Positions 41,098 through 56,535 of a stretch of DNA of 64,000 bases are shown one piece after another (within the stretch, counting starts at the first letter, position 1; every line of letters begins with the position of its first letter). A program made the position numbers and the translations under genes. The notes under the pieces are model-generated. The model searched no databases. It was not told where the DNA came from and saw only the letters and a program-made list of their open reading frames with translations. The stretch is from Azolla caroliniana (Eukaryota > Plantae > Polypodiophyta). The DNA lies in the NCBI GenBank assembly GCA_043228905.1, contig JBHGNT010000003.1:1550001-1614000 (forward strand), read 5' to 3'.

Positions 41098-41811
41098 TGA
41101 CGAGATCTGAACGTTCCTTATGTCCAACGCTCAGCCACAACCGAGATTCTTTTCATACACAGAAAAAACGAGAAATAAAACTCGACAAGGAGAAGAGAAA
41201 GATACATAGGAGGTTTACGTGGAAAACCCTCAAACTAGGGGGGAAAACCACGGCAGCCCACAGGCTGCAAACTGTCACTATGTAAGTATGTACAACAGTG
41301 AGTTCATTGAGGCACCGACCTCGTGCTCACGGATCTTCGCCACAAGCGGCGATTACAACAAAGGCAACGACCTCTTTCTCTCTCTCTCTCTCTCTGTACA
41401 CAGTTACGCACACTCTCTATTCTTGCAACAACAAGAATGACAACTGCTCATTATAAGTTTGCCCTAAGTCATATTTATACTAGTATGACTTTTCGGCTAT
41501 TTACAAATATAGCCTTGATGGACTCTCAGAAACATATTTACGAATATGTCTCTTCATCCGGTTCATACCGGGTCTGCACCATCTGGCTCTCCGTAGCCGA
41601 GTATGCCTCATCCGGTTCATACCGGGTCTGCACCATCCGGCTCTCCGTAGCCGAGTACGCCTCATCCGGTTCATACCGGGTCTGTATCATCCGGCTCTCT
41701 GTAGCTGGGTTCTCCTTATACGGTTTCAGCCGAGGCCTATCGGCCTCGGCCGAGTTTGTTCATCGGCACTGTTCTTCTCCCTTCCCATCCGGAGGGACCT
41801 GTCTCCCAACA
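41098..41811 (-). mobile_element. Solo LTR (714 bp), same family as element C
   Basis: TG...CA termini; perfect TSD ATCAA at 41093-41097 and 41812-41816; colinear similarity to 18423-18764 and 23512-23839. Confidence 0.9.
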
Positions 41812-42547
41812 ATCAACAATTGGAATATTCGTAAGATCACGATCCATATCAGGGTTAGTGCATTGGAACCCACCGTTGCAATAGCTAGGGGTTCATTTTC
41901 GCCTCCGGATTCAGTACCAAATAAGCAAATTTTAAACGTTAAATTAGCCCTTGATGTTCCTGTGCGGCTATCATGAAATAGGTCCAAATCCCAGTAGACC
42001 CAATGCTAGATAACAACCATATGGGGATCAAGAGTAGGTCTACATGTTGTTCGAGTGCGATTTGGGGATAAAGAAAACATATATTATGAATGAGGAGAGA
42101 CAAAGTCGTAAAAGTCGAAATTCCAAGACAGATCAGGGTTAGGGTATGGACATAAAAGGTGTGTTAATGGTCGGCCAGTCACCATCAATCGAACTGCCCA
42201 AGTATAAGTAAGTCACATGCACTACACACGATCTGGCCGAGGGAAAGAAAAAAACAACCGAGAGAACTGGGGTAAAAAATGGGCGGGGTAGCGAGCCATG
42301 TCTGGATGGTTTCCTTGTGATGACCCGACTCTAACCCATCTCTATCTCTCTGTCTCTCTCTCATTTTGATGATTGGATAAATACCCCATTCTGTTGTACA
42401 CCAATTGTCTCATGGGCCCAAATTTGGCCTTAGAAGTCGTTAACATGTCTTTCTTTCGTTCTTTCGTTCTTTCGTTCTTTCTTTCTTTCTTTCTTAGTCT
42501 GAGTCTGAGTCTGAGTCTCTATGTCTGGGTCTGTGTCCTGTGTCTCA

Positions 42548-42760
42548 TGGGCTAAATCTGTAATTCCACAGAACATGAGGGCTATGTCTAAGTAGAACCT
42601 TCTCTCGGTTTCTTTCTCTGTATCTCTTCTAAATTCTAATGAAATGTGTGATGGGCTAATTCTGTAATTTTAGGAAACATGAGGCCTATGTCTGAGCAGA
42701 ACCTTCCTCTCTCTGTCGATCGGTGGGCGATTTACCAGAAAGACCCAGAAGCTTCTTCTG
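42548..42760 (+). promoter_or_regulatory. Putative DnaJ promoter with a duplicated block of about 105 bp carrying nGAAnnTTCn heat-shock-element-like motifs and TGGGCY sites
   Basis: agaaccttc at about 42594 and 42698, gaagcttc at about 42748; followed by a CT-rich putative 5' UTR. Confidence 0.4.
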
Positions 42761-42780
42761 CCTGCAAAACACGCCATATC

Positions 42781-42819
<39 letters not shown>

Positions 42820-42962
42820 TCTCTGTGTTCTGTCTCCGTTCTCTCTCCTTCGATTTTCCGCATCTCTCCATCTCTCTCTGTCTATACCTCTTTCGTCCTA
42901 GTTTTCCTTCTTTATAATTCTCTGCATATCACCATATCCATTCCTCTCTCTGTGTTCCCTAT

Positions 42963-42996
<34 letters not shown>

Positions 42997-43186
42997 CTTT
43001 CTGTTTGATCTCTTCGAAATTATTTTGAATCTCCTCACAGAAGAAAAAGAAGAGGCTTCCTTCTTTCTGATAGCTCTTTCCTTTCTGCTGTAATATTTGT
43101 TGTCGGAGGACTGTAATCTTTCTTCTCTGAACCAAAACCAGAGCTTTCCTCTTCTTCCATATACAAGCGCATTATAGCTTCGAATT

Positions 43187-46100
43187 ATGGGCGTGGATTA
43201 CTACAGCATTCTCAAGGTTCCTAAAACTGCTACAGATGATGATATTAAGAAAGCTTATCGCAAGCTCGCCATGGAATGGCATCCTGACAAGAACCCTAAC
43301 AACAAAAAAGAAGCTGAAGCCAAGTTCAAGCAAATCTCCGAAGCTTATGAGGTAAAAAGTGTTCTTCTTTCGTTACTTGAATTTCACCCCTCCCCATCTT
43401 TTTTTTTGTTCTTGTTCTCTGATGATGATGATGATGATGAAGAAGACTTGACATAGGATGATGATATGTTACCAATGAAGGTAACGAAGAAGACTTGCCA
43501 TATGATGATGATATGTTATTAACATGATTATGATATGTTATCGATGATGATAGTGAAGAAGAGTTTACATATGATGATGGTGGTGTGTTATGGATCAATA
43601 TCCACATTTTCGTCTTCCTGATTTCCCATTCCTTTTCTTCTGTCTCCATCATTGGTGATGAGGTGTTATGGATTGGTGTTTTGCATCTTTTCCTTTCCAT
43701 GCTTTCTTTTATTCCCTTTCAACTTTGAGGATAATGAGTTTATGAATTGTCAATCATTAAACTTCTCAGTGCCCTGCATTCCTTTGATCTTTCTGTCTGC
43801 GTCTTATTTTATGGTAATGTGTACTTACCAGCGAAATTGAATACATTTTGTGAATTTGAACATCAATATGTAAAAATGGGATTTGTATAACTTTCTGAAT
43901 TTGTATATCAAGAGGCAATTGAAGTATGTGGATCCTGTATGATGCAATGTGGAGATGGGCTCAGAAGATAACCTAATGAGGGAGCTGAGAGCCATGGTTG
44001 ATGGAAATGATCACATTCCGGAAGTATTTATGCCCTGTATAATATGGACATGGATTTTGAACATAGGTTGATTGATCAATTTTGCGTATCAAATTTGAAT
44101 CCCATACGAAGAGCAACAGCATTTTATGTCCATACCATAACCCTGATTTTGAACATAAGTTGATTGATCAATTTTGTGTATCAAATTTGAATCCCATACA
44201 AAGAGTTAATATAAATGCCGCTGCTCTTGGAATGTGGAAAGGGATTCACAAAATCTGACATACAAAGGAATTTGGTAGGCAAATTTGTACAAAATGTTGG
44301 AAAATGCTGACAAATCTGAGATGGATGTAAGCTGATCATTGAAGCTTTATAGCAACTTTAAGTTGTTATTCAAATATTTCATAGTGTGCATCTGTTTTTA
44401 CTCAATGACAGGATATTATTTGAACCGACGTTGTTCTTTCAAGTGTTTTTGAGGTCATTCTTAGAGCAGAGTAAAGAGTAGTTAAATTTTGTTATAATGA
44501 TTTTACACTTATGCCAGTGAGCTTACTGATGGTTGAGATTCGTTCCTACTCGTACCGCTTCAATAGAGTAGATGTCTATCTGGTCTCAGAAGAACGAGTT
44601 TGTGTGAAGGTACAAAACTAGATGTGTGTGGAGAAATGTACATACATCTCTTGGACATCTCTATGGAGTAGGGTTTGGGACCTTATTTAGCTGTTATGTT
44701 TTTGTATCCATTTGTGTCTGTTGTATGTTGCTGACCTAGGTAGGGGTGATCCTTTGTAAACCAATGGTTTTGTTACCAATATTTGTATGGAACTTATTTA
44801 CCTTCCTGGGGTTGTCTGGGCTGTTGATGATTGATCTTTGGCTGGTGTTCCACTTGAGGATGTCTTTGGAAACCAAAATTTACTCGTTTGCCTTGCTCAA
44901 AAGAGAAAATGTTGGAACCATAATGCTCAAGGAATTATACATGATTAATAAAATCATTATCTAGCCTATAGTAAGCGCTTCACAGATGTTTGGTGATCCA
45001 TAAACGAAATATTGTTGTCATCATAGTATTTACTAATGCGTGAAACCCTTATGTGGCATGCATAGATGTTCAACAAATCTCACTAGTGTGTTATATTATT
45101 GTACCCTTCTGTTTTCAGATATTTTCCAATGCATGTGAGATAATATATCGGTAAATATTATGTTATCATCGCTTCTGTGTTTCCATTATTTTATACCTTA
45201 GAGCAACCATATTTTTTCATGTTAATGAGATCATCTCTATAAAAAGTATGTTTTCATGTAGAGGTACCTTCATAGGAAATATGGTTGTCATCCTGTGTGT
45301 TTCCAAAATTATTTCTAATGTATAAACATTGTCATCATCCTTGATGTCCAATAGTCTCAAAATAAAGCTATAGTTAGTGTAACTGTAGTTTGTTTCTAGC
45401 ATTCACCAATGCATATGCTATCATCCATGAGTTATGAACGATCCTCAAGAGAAATATATTCTCGTTAAAATAAGTAGGTTTTCAAACATTTTACTGATGT
45501 TTATGATAATTATGATTCTCAGGTACTAAGTGATCCTCAAAAGAGAGCAGTATATGATCAATATGGAGAGGAAGGGTTGAAGGGGGTACCTCCACCAGGT
45601 GCTGGTGGCCCCAGTTTCTCCAATGGCGATGGTGGACCAACTATGTTCAGGTTCAACCCTCGGAATGCCGAAGATATATTCAGTGAATTCTTCGGTGGGT
45701 CCAACCCATTTGGAGGCATGGGAATGGGTGGATTTAGTAGTAGTGGAATGGGCAGCCGCGGTGGTGGGAGAAATCTCTTTGGTGAAAGTATATTTGGACA
45801 TTTTGGCGGCGGTGGTGGCCCTGAAACCATCTTTCGGAGTTTTGGTGCTGATCAAGGTGGTGGGGCCACTTCGGGAGGCTCAAGGAAAGCACCTCCTCTT
45901 GAGAATAAACTGCCATGCACTTTGGAGGAGCTTTATCTTGGATCGACCCGTAAGATGAAAATCTCAAGGAATATCGCCGATCCCAGCGGGTATGTGTCTG
46001 TGTGTGGATTGGTCTTTATATGTATATGATTCCTATTTCGACGTGATACTATGTACTGCATTAATGTTGAATATGGGTCTAAGCACTGTCATCTGAGTTC

Positions 46101-47236
46101 TTTTCAGAATGTATGTTTCGACTATAGTGTTTTAGAAATTTCATTACACATGCTAGTGGTTATATCTTTTTAGCATTTAATTAGGCAGTTTGAAGAGATA
46201 CTGCAAGCCCTATATTTCACTGTGAAAGGATAGTTCAGCATTTAATTTGTTTATTAAGAAAGGTAGGGAATGATATCTTTTTATGAGTGCATGGGCGGGG
46301 AACAACTCATTTATATGCACAACTTTTTCTTAGTAATGCAAAGTAAGTTGCAGATTTGAGCCTTTGCCATCCATATTTGTGTTAATTTTACCACAACTAC
46401 TGAAACTGTCTTGGTATATTGGTTCATTCTGTCTTAACACTATATTTACTATTGTTTCAAGATTGTCAGTCCTATATTTCAGGATGCAACGGTAGTTGTT
46501 TACTGATTTTATGTAGTATCATATCTATACTACTTTTCAATATTGGTAATTTGTCCATCTAAAGGGGTAGCAGTTTTATAGTTTAATTTATCAATTTGTG
46601 TATCATGTTTGCAATGCATAATATATTGTTTTCTCTAAATCAATATTTGTTGATATTTCTAAATAAAATTCTTCCATCTATCTTATAGGTGTCCCGAAAG
46701 CTTAGCTCACATTACATTTGCAAACCAGACAAAATGCATCACTTTTGAATGTATAATAACATATTGGGTTGTTGATTCTTTTTAAATACAGGAAAACTCT
46801 CCCGATCGAGGAAATATTGACGATTGATGTGAAGCCAGGGTGGAAGAAGGGCACAAAAATCACATTCCCAGAGAAAGGAAACGAACAACCAAATGTCATC
46901 GCTGCAGATCTGGTGTTTGTTATAGATGAGAAACCACATGAGGTGTACAAGAGAGATGGAAATGATCTCATAGTAACCCAAAAAATACCCTTAGCAGAGG
47001 CACTTACTGGAACAACCGTTACGCTGACTACATTGGATGGTCGCACACTAACCATACCTTGTACTGATGTTGTTATTACCCCTGGCTATGAGAAGATTGT
47101 TCCGAAAGAAGGTATGCCCATACCCAAAGAGCCCGGAAAGAAAGGGAATTTGCGGATAAAATTCGATATTAAATTTCCGACTAGACTTACACCAGATCAG
47201 AAAGCAGGTGTTAAGAGGTTATTCAGCATGAGCTAA
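43187..47236 (+). CDS. Class II DnaJ/Hsp40 (DNAJB-like). Exons 43187-43351, 45523-45989, 46792-47236.
   Basis: J-domain with HPD, G/F-rich region, C-terminal LEELY..G / [13 protein letters not shown] / GEGMP-like motifs, no Cys-rich zinc finger; GT-AG junctions in frame. Confidence 0.95.
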
Positions 47237-47884
47237 TGCTAATATTGAGGTCATATCATGGTATCAGCAATGGTATCCATTTTCTTTCATTACATTACCA
47301 ATCATGAGGATTAGGTCAGTATATTCTGTCAGTGTATTGTTACAAATTGCCTTGTTATATTTGTGAGATAAATGAGTTTTGAGGCTATAAAGAAGAAATT
47401 AAAGAAAGAGATTTACCTTTTGGGCAGACTAATGTTTGCTTCAATTTGCTAGAGAATATTGTTGTGAACATTGTAAAGTTAGTTCATGAAGTTTGGAACT
47501 TTGGTGTAGTATCTACATGTAAAGAGAGACTTCTAGCATTTTCCTCTTTTCGAAAATACTGTTTTTTTTCCATTATGATGTGGTATTTGTCGCCAAGTAA
47601 TTCTAATTATGCTATTAATCACACGGATATTCTCTGGAGTCATATCAATGAGTACTTCCTAACTTCGAAGAGATTATGGATGTATGATTGAGAAGATGAT
47701 GATCTCGTGAGTTAAATTTGGAAATGAATATTATTGCACATTCCTATGCATTGCAGTAGTTAAAGAAAGATGCACATCATGAAGTTTGCTTTGTCATATG
47801 TATACTTATAAATGCTACTAAATGGTTTGAAATGGTTTGGCTTTGCATTCTTATACCAGGGTGATATTCTTAATAGTTCTTTGC

Positions 47885-48040
47885 AAAAGAGATTTAGTGC
47901 AATTGTTGAAAGCTATGATAATATATTAAGAGCAATGATGATTTTGAGTGTTGCACCAAGGAGAACGCCAAGAAGGTGGAGCTCATATGTGTATGATGCC
48001 TTATTCACACACCGAGACTTTGTGCTTTGATGCAGGAATA
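47885..48040 (+). mobile_element. Short 3' fragment of the same LINE family as 13715-15090
   Basis: SAIVESYDNILR...TPRRWSSYVY.ALFTHRDFVL matches SAIYSRYANILR...TPLRRLSSYVYALFTHRAFVL. Confidence 0.7.
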
Positions 48041-50074
48041 TCCCTTCTTAGAAAGGAGATATGCATAATCAAGATTCCATTTTTTTTTGTACTTGAGGGG
48101 GAGACGCAATATAGAAATTGGTAGGGGTAGGGGTTCATGTTGGCTTGAAATGGAAGCCTAGGATGTCCCATCCTACATATTCGGGAACTAAAGGGTGTTC
48201 GTATCGTTGACCTAACTTGATCTTTTGTCTACTTCATACCTCTACCATCAATCATATTCCTTACCACGATGGCCACATTCTTTAGAAGATGCCCCAAAGT
48301 GGTATTATGGGGAATTTGAAGGGATGTATTGGCAATTTCCTTTGAAGAAATATTTTGCATCATTAGATTACATTGCATGATGGATGGAGCAAAGACGCCA
48401 GAGGAGTGATAATATTGATGCATGTATATTTCGATAAGGCCTTTGATATTGTACAAAGGAAATGTCTCCTACAAAGATGTTATGCACTCGAAATTCCTTG
48501 TAATTGATATGGGCAATATATACACTATACATGAGCAAGTATTGGGATGAGTAGCACAAACCAAGGGGTCAAACAAAAGTAATCACAAGCACCAAGCAAA
48601 CGCGCGACTTGCTCAATGGAGTTGGCTTACGACGATCCCTTTTAACCTCTCAAAGCGTTTTTTCCTTACAAAATGTGCACTTATATACAAAATTCTTTCA
48701 CATTGAACTAATAACTCAAGCCTGCCTACTAGAAATACTACCGCATCCCACAAAGCTCCTAAGCCCGTAAAGGCACCATTAGGTAAAGGGAGTTCGCACT
48801 AGTTGGTATCAAGTCCCCGTCCGCAAGGTTTCCTTTGGTTCCCCGTGTGCGATTGATTGATTGTTGGATCCTTGATGTGAAGCACTCTCCCCTACCTTCT
48901 ATGAAACAAAATGACTAGACCTTGGTTATTTGACACCATGGTCACCCTTGCTCCCATATACAATGCAACAAAATGACTTCAAGCCTTCACACACATGCAT
49001 ACAAATAGAGTGTCCACTAGTCATGATGTTGTCACATATGGTATGTAACAAAGCATCTATCCACATATAATCATGTGCTAGAATGAAAACACCCCTTGTA
49101 AATGTTGATGTATTACATCAATGAACCTCATAAACCAGATTCAAACCATGTTACCTTAAAAAATTATACGTAGGTCATTTGAAGCCTTGGAACAAATGGT
49201 GTCAGTAAAACATGCAAATGGATCAAAATACTCACATGTGATGAAGTGATTCAACAATGATGGCTTTGACATCGAGATATTGCCGTCCTCTCAAAATTGT
49301 ACATATCTCTAGAATTACGAATGTTGTAAGGACAAGACATTACATCAAGACTATGGAAACTATATCCCCAACAGACCCTGATCACACCTCAAAACCTCTT
49401 CCCAAGGCGTATTTTTATAGAGACCGAGGTAAATGAACATCTACATGCTCCCATTGTGTTTGCAAAGAAGTAGGGAAACATGTTTTGCATAATGAAAGTA
49501 TATGTTAGGTGCATTTTGTAAACAAAGAAGAAATAAACAAATGGGGAAGGGCACAATGTTGAGTGGATTAGGAAGGAAGAATTTTGTTAAGGAAAAGTAC
49601 ATTCAACTCTAGGTAATTCCAAATTAAGTAAACTTTTCTTCTTCAAAGTTACATCATCATTGTGCAAGGGTCAAGCTACATACAAAAATCCGTACAACAC
49701 ATGAAGATTACTCATTTTTGTTGTTTTATATTTGAGAATATTATTTTGCAATTTTGTACCGAACGCAATCCTCGATTGATTGGAGATCATTTGGTTATTT
49801 CACAAACACTTATAATCATGGCTGATTCCGATTGCAATCTTGGATTGTAGGATAGTTATATATGTGCAATCAATAAAGGTTTGTCCTCCTAGTCTTGGGT
49901 GACTTGTTGAATGAGCCTTCTTAGAAACATCTAGAGAGAACTCCAAGATATAACATTTCTAAGCAAGATTCTTTAAAGAACAGTTGAATAACTAACACAC
50001 AAATTGTCTCGATATCACCTTGTCTATACTTGAACCACCAGAAATTGTAGCTTCTTGCTAATGTTTGAACAAAA

Positions 50075-51712
<1,638 letters not shown>

Positions 51713-51721
<9 letters not shown>

Positions 51722-52140
51722 TCAAATGTTTTCAATTTCTCCTGCCACCAACGGGGCACTATATGACTTAGTATCCAAATTATATATATACACAAAATAG
51801 ATATTATAAATTTCAGTAGCTAAATTTGGTGAGAGTTTGAGATTTAGGAAATAGGGAAGCCACTCAAATGTTTTCAATTTCTCCCACCAATGGGGCACTA
51901 TACATATGACTTAGTAGCCAAATTATATATATAGGTATAGATAATAGATATTATAAAGTTCAGTAGCTAAATTTGGTGAGAGTTTGAAATTTAGGAAGTA
52001 GAGAAGCCATTCAAATGTTTTTTAATTTCTCCCACCAATGGGGCACTATATGGCTTAGTAGCCACCAAATTATATATATATATATATATATATACATATA
52101 GATATTATAAAATTCAGTAGCTAAATGTGGTGAGAGTTTG
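51713..52140. repeat. Three copies of a unit of about 145 bp covering the UBC start codon, 5' UTR and TATA-like (TA)n
   Basis: gaagcca(t/c)tcaaatgtttt at about 51714, 51856 and 52003. Confidence 0.9.
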
Positions 52141-52268
52141 AAAGTAGAGAGAGAAAGGGTATACATGGAGATAAAGAGAAAGTAGAGAGAGAAAGGGTAT
52201 ACTTGGAGATAAAGAGAAAGTAGAGAGAGGGGATATACATGGAGAATAAAGAGAAAGTAGAGAGAGTT
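52141..52268. repeat. Purine-rich tandem repeat of about 38 bp (about 3 copies)
   Basis: aaagtagagagag...ggtatac(a/t)tggagataaagag repeated. Confidence 0.8.
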
Positions 52269-53881
52269 TTGAAATTTGGTGAGAGAAATCTTTGATATGT
52301 GACTCTCTCTTTTTTACCAAAGAGAGTATATCCAATGAGCATATGTGGCCTTAGACACCAAATGTCTAGGTATATACATGGAGCATATTCCTATCATTCG
52401 CCTTTTGGTGAAGCATATTCATATCATTGTCTTCTTAGAGTCATCGATTATACTTGCTTTTCTACCCTGAGCTTGGATTTTGCACACATGTGCCTTGTCA
52501 ATGAGACACGTTGTAGGAGTGCATATGTGGCAATGGAATAACTAGAGTAGGTAACGTGTCTTTTTTGTTTTTGTTTCGTCTAGTGCATTAAAAGGCATTA
52601 CAAGATAGGCTCAATCATACATTGACATTTGTGAAATTCCAACGTGATGAGACAATTTCTTGTATTGTTCTCAATGGTTTGCCTTCCACGTTTAATGCTT
52701 TGGATTGTTGAGTCGTACAATTTCAGTCATCGATCTGTTTTGTTGCTTCTCCTTGGCCTTTGGATAACCAAATGTTGATACACCAATTTTCTTGCATCTT
52801 TATTCCTTACTTCAACTTGCTTATGTAGTTGAAACTCTATATGTAACGTTGCGATGTCTTGTAGGCTTAAGATGCATTAAAATGTGCATAAGCACCAAGG
52901 TGAGGAATGTACATAATAATCACATGTAGTACGTGTATATAGGTATAGAAAAGTCTTAGACCCATATCTAAGTGTAAAGTTTATTAATATGATATGCCAT
53001 CAACAGTTCAAATGAATGGGTGAGAATATTATGACAATCACATTACAAGCATTAAGTATGAATATTTATAGATCATTTCTAAAAAAGAGTAGGACCTCCC
53101 ATAAACATGCGTTATAGGTTGTATTGAGCAAAATGGGGAAAGATTTGTCGGTGAGAGACAATGATCGACTATATAATGAAATATAAATCAATGATAATTA
53201 ACATTACTAAATAGTGGGGGGCATGGTTTATGTAGAACTTGTGTAAGTGTACATAGAAGTTAGTATCAATCTAGTAATGATGGAGAGTGAGTGGGATATT
53301 ATACAATATTCCGTGCATTCAACACTAAGAAATTGTCCCATTCATTAGATGCATGGATTAACTTTACACACAATATGTGTGGCTGAGCTTGATATCTCAA
53401 TAACCTATAGTGTACATAGAGTGGGCAAGTTAGGTGTTGCATGTTGTGATGCTTAAACTTTAATTGAATATGTTTGACACTTAGGGCTTGTCTCTATAAA
53501 ACATCATACATATTTATACACACCTAGCCACCAATAATGATACATCATCTTTGATCAATATATGGGGATCATTCATTCTAGAGGACCCGTTTCATAATAG
53601 AGTGAGTTGTGCAACAAGATGTTTACATATGCAAAAAAAAAATTGTAAATGGGGAGACAATTCCAGATTATTGTGTCAAAATTTTGGTGGCCAACTACTA
53701 AATAGAAGGCTTCTCTTCAAGGTATTCATATTAGGGGAAATAACCTTCTATGTTCAAACAAGGTAGGATATATTAAAGGCCTGGATGATGGGATTATTAT
53801 GGGAGCTATGTTGGAGGACCTAGGATGTTAGATGTTGTTAGAGGGCTTGATGATGCATGGACGATGAGATTATTAAGGGAA

Positions 53882-56295
53882 CTACTTTTCTAGAGATATA
53901 GGGCCATTTGCCACGGTAACAATGTGGAGATTTCCCATCTTTCCTTGCATTTTGTTTTGTTCGTTGCATTCCATTGATACCACACACTTGAAGTATAAGG
54001 CATAGAGAATCAATTGTATTAGCCCAGAGATACAACCAATACCATTTGGAATCTGTAACCATGATTGAATGTAAGTAGGAAAATCCCTTTCAAAGAAAAA
54101 CCTATGCATGTACACACTTCATGAAACAAAAAAGTTGTACATAGAATGTAGGTATGGAAAGTTGCCCTTTGATGATATAAAAGACTTAATTTCAATACCT
54201 TTTAATTAATTATCCTCTTTGCAAGGAACAATTAGAATCAAGTAAAGTTAAGTAACATAAACACGTCTATTTTAAAAAACTTACTGCAATAAAAATGTCG
54301 CTTGTCACAAATGAATATATCATCCAAACTACACTATTGACGAAATTGCACACAGAACAAGTGATTGGCATGTATTCCACGCTTTTTGTGTGAATGACGA
54401 GTCCCTACATGAGAACCACAATTAGTGTATTTTCTTTCAAAGATTGCCAAAATCTAAACTCGTGCTAACTAAAACGATCCCCAAAATAAGAATGCTATTA
54501 AATATAGGGGGTAAAATACTAGAGGATAGATCAAACTTAGAATACTTTGAAATTTAAAGATACATATAAATAATTGGAAAATATCTTGATGGAAATCAAG
54601 ACCTTCTCAACTATTAACGGTACAATTTAAAGTTTTTGTTTACTATGTTTAAATGAAACCCATGCCAGAGTTTCAATATTAAGGTATAAAGGTGTACCAT
54701 AACAGATAAGGGAGCTGCATACATGCCAATGCCCATCACCACACAGAAGCTTCCCACAACTAGTTGACGTGTAGTTGATGAATGTAGTGCAAGTATTGCG
54801 ATGATGATAATTGCCACATACAATATAACCACACCAACCAAATACCTCGTCATTTGAATCTACACATCAAACAATGTATCAATCAATATTGTAAATTCCA
54901 ATGCTCATAACTAACTACATGCCCTTAACGTATGCTATTGAAATATTCACACGGGGAAAGTTTACAATGTACATCAAGATCAAAATACATTCATCTATAC
55001 AAAAAGATCATGGTATGTGATTTCATAAAGAGACAATACTCTAAAGTTTGGTTCATGGTATTGTTCTTTCTCTCCATGTTAGTTACTCCCAATATTGAAG
55101 CTTTTGTAGAGATGTTGTTACAACAGATGCTCAAAATCAAATGGCTCTTTGATCTTGACTCTTTCGTATAATGCAACACATCAAAAGTGTTTAAATAACC
55201 TTGGGATTTCAAGTGCTTGGCAACATGGTTCAATTGTTGAAAATGAAATTGAATTACATTATAAATTTATACCAACATGAGGCATGTACCTTTTGTGACT
55301 TAGTAGTAAGTGCCATGTAAAAGAATACGAAGAATAACTCCATTGCTACTCCGAATACATTGATGGTAATGATGAGCATACTATGTGGCTTGACAAACGG
55401 CATACCGTACAAAACCCAAAGTAAACAGTTGAAAAGTGTGCACACATAAGGCAACCCGGAATAACCTTGTGTAGACTTAACCTTGAATATCTTCAAAAAC
55501 GTTGGCCTAAAATCAAATTTCCAAACATTGTCACCATAAGAGAATACACCATTGACAACATTCCTTGCGCACCTAAACAATCCATCAATGACTTAACAAT
55601 TGTAAACATCTTTGCTATGACACACACCCAATAATGCACACTTTAGTCACTAAGCTTATGAATTTGGACTAATCACTTAATTAATGTAATCGAATTAAGC
55701 TTGCCAAAGGGGCAATGGCAACCCCTCGTCCAACATACACACGCACGCACGGATGCACACATGCATGCATGTACATTGTAGTGTTACCCACATGTTTTCC
55801 TATCAACTTTTAAAATGTTTTACAATTTGGAAGTACAATGTAATACTGTTTTTGGGTTTGTCGTGTTCTTCTTTGTGCATGGACACATAGACACTCTTTG
55901 TTTGTCTATGATTGGAGATTGTATCTTAATGGTCAGCCATGTCTCTTGCCAACCATCCAATTAGGTACTAAATCTTGCCAATGCCACTATGGAATGGAAG
56001 GGTTCAATGTATTAGAAGTTCTAAATCTTGCTAATCCCTCAATGGATGTAGCATGTAGGGGTTCAATGTATTACATTATTATTGTCTCTCTCTGTCTCTC
56101 TCTTTTCTTGTAATTAGCTTACCCTACTGGAAAGTTGTTAACACTACAAGCATTGCGTCTTGAGTTTGAAACCCAATTTTCCCACTTCTCTCTATTATAT
56201 ACTTCATATATATCTCTTACTTCACTAGATGCCACTGTGGAATGTAGGGGTTGAACCCATGACCACGTGGTCTCCATCGGGCAACCTTACCAACT

Positions 56296-56345
<50 letters not shown>

Positions 56346-56535
56346 TTACTCACAATGGTGAGATGAAGACAATTGTGGATGTTGCATTTCCTGCAAAGCA
56401 TAACATTGGAGTTGGTTAAAATGCAACTCAACTTATTTAGACACAAATTTGAAAACAAGGAAATGTAATGTAAGAGAAAGTTATCATGTTACCAAGGATT
56501 CCAAGAAGAAGTTTAGGATGGAGAAGTGAAGACAT
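53882..56535 (-). CDS. SWEET: SWEET (MtN3/saliva) sugar transporter. Exons 56535-56493, 56390-56354, 55506-55290, 54859-54698, 54404-54285, 54052-53882.
   Basis: LGILGN...SPLPTF..I.K.KST.GYSGLPY..LFNCLLW.LYG, MYAAPLSVM, TKSVEYMP, IPNGIG; six exons with a 37-nt second exon, as is typical of plant SWEETs. Confidence 0.93.
56297..56340. repeat. (CT)n microsatellite in SWEET intron 2
   Basis: About 22 uninterrupted dinucleotide units. Confidence 0.95.

Noticed and set aside
48230-48920. PBS-like tggtatcaag at about 48804 with LTR-like upstream sequence
   Set aside because: Partial PBS match only; no LTR boundaries, TSD or coding remnant established.
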